Positions 48,100 to 48,157 of a DNA stretch of 48,157 nt are shown piece by piece. Location of the stretch: contig DAOORA010000030.1 in the NCBI GenBank assembly GCA_035389045.1, positions 1 to 48,157 of the forward strand, written 5' to 3'. Origin of the DNA: Bacteroidales bacterium (GTDB taxonomy: Bacteria > Bacteroidota > Bacteroidia > Bacteroidales > CAIWKO01). The first letter of the stretch is position 1. Each line of letters opens with the position of its first letter. The notes beneath the pieces are model-generated. The model was not told the DNA's origin. It saw nothing but the letters and a program-made list of their open reading frames with translations, and made no database searches. The position numbers and the translations under genes are program-made.

Positions 48100-48157
48100 C
48101 TCAGAAACTGTTTTGATTTTATGTTACATAAGATTTATGATGGATTTTTTAGCGAAA
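48100..48157 (+). mobile_element. Second copy of the 167-bp element, truncated by the window end
   Basis: CTCAGAAACTGTTTTGATTTTATGTTACATAAGATTTATGATGGATTTTTTAGCGAAA matches 41656-41713 at 55/58 nt. Confidence 0.85.

Overview
Chromosomal region of a Bacteroidota bacterium, probably an anaerobic Bacteroidales member. This is supported by TAnnTTTG -7 promoters, T9SS cargo proteins, GldB/GldN/PorT-like genes and glsAB. There is one 100-N scaffold gap at 31594-31693. About 38 credible CDSs are present: ACP plus PaaK-like ligase, glycine-lipid acyltransferases glsA/glsB, engB, fadD-like, SDR, MFS, small-type purL, NCS2 permease, rarA operon, four T9SS cargo proteins, LtaS-family plus DAG-kinase pair, four tandem DUF5011-like lipoproteins, two tiny repeat lipoproteins, a citD-citE fusion followed by two citF paralogs, nitroreductase, AlkD-like, gldB, PorT-family and nadE. 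No rRNA, tRNA, CRISPR or transposase was recognised. The most interesting signals are: (1) a citrate-lyase-like system whose fused ACP domain appears to lack the canonical prosthetic-group Ser, with duplicated, diverged CoA-transferases and no citC/G/X in the window; (2) tiny Ala/Lys-rich lipoproteins built from repeated D-S-(I/L) O-glycosylation sequons; (3) a 167-bp palindromic MITE-like element with several partial copies; (4) a nested inverted cluster of four REP-like hairpins with a compensatory base change. All family calls come from motif recognition by eye, not database searches.
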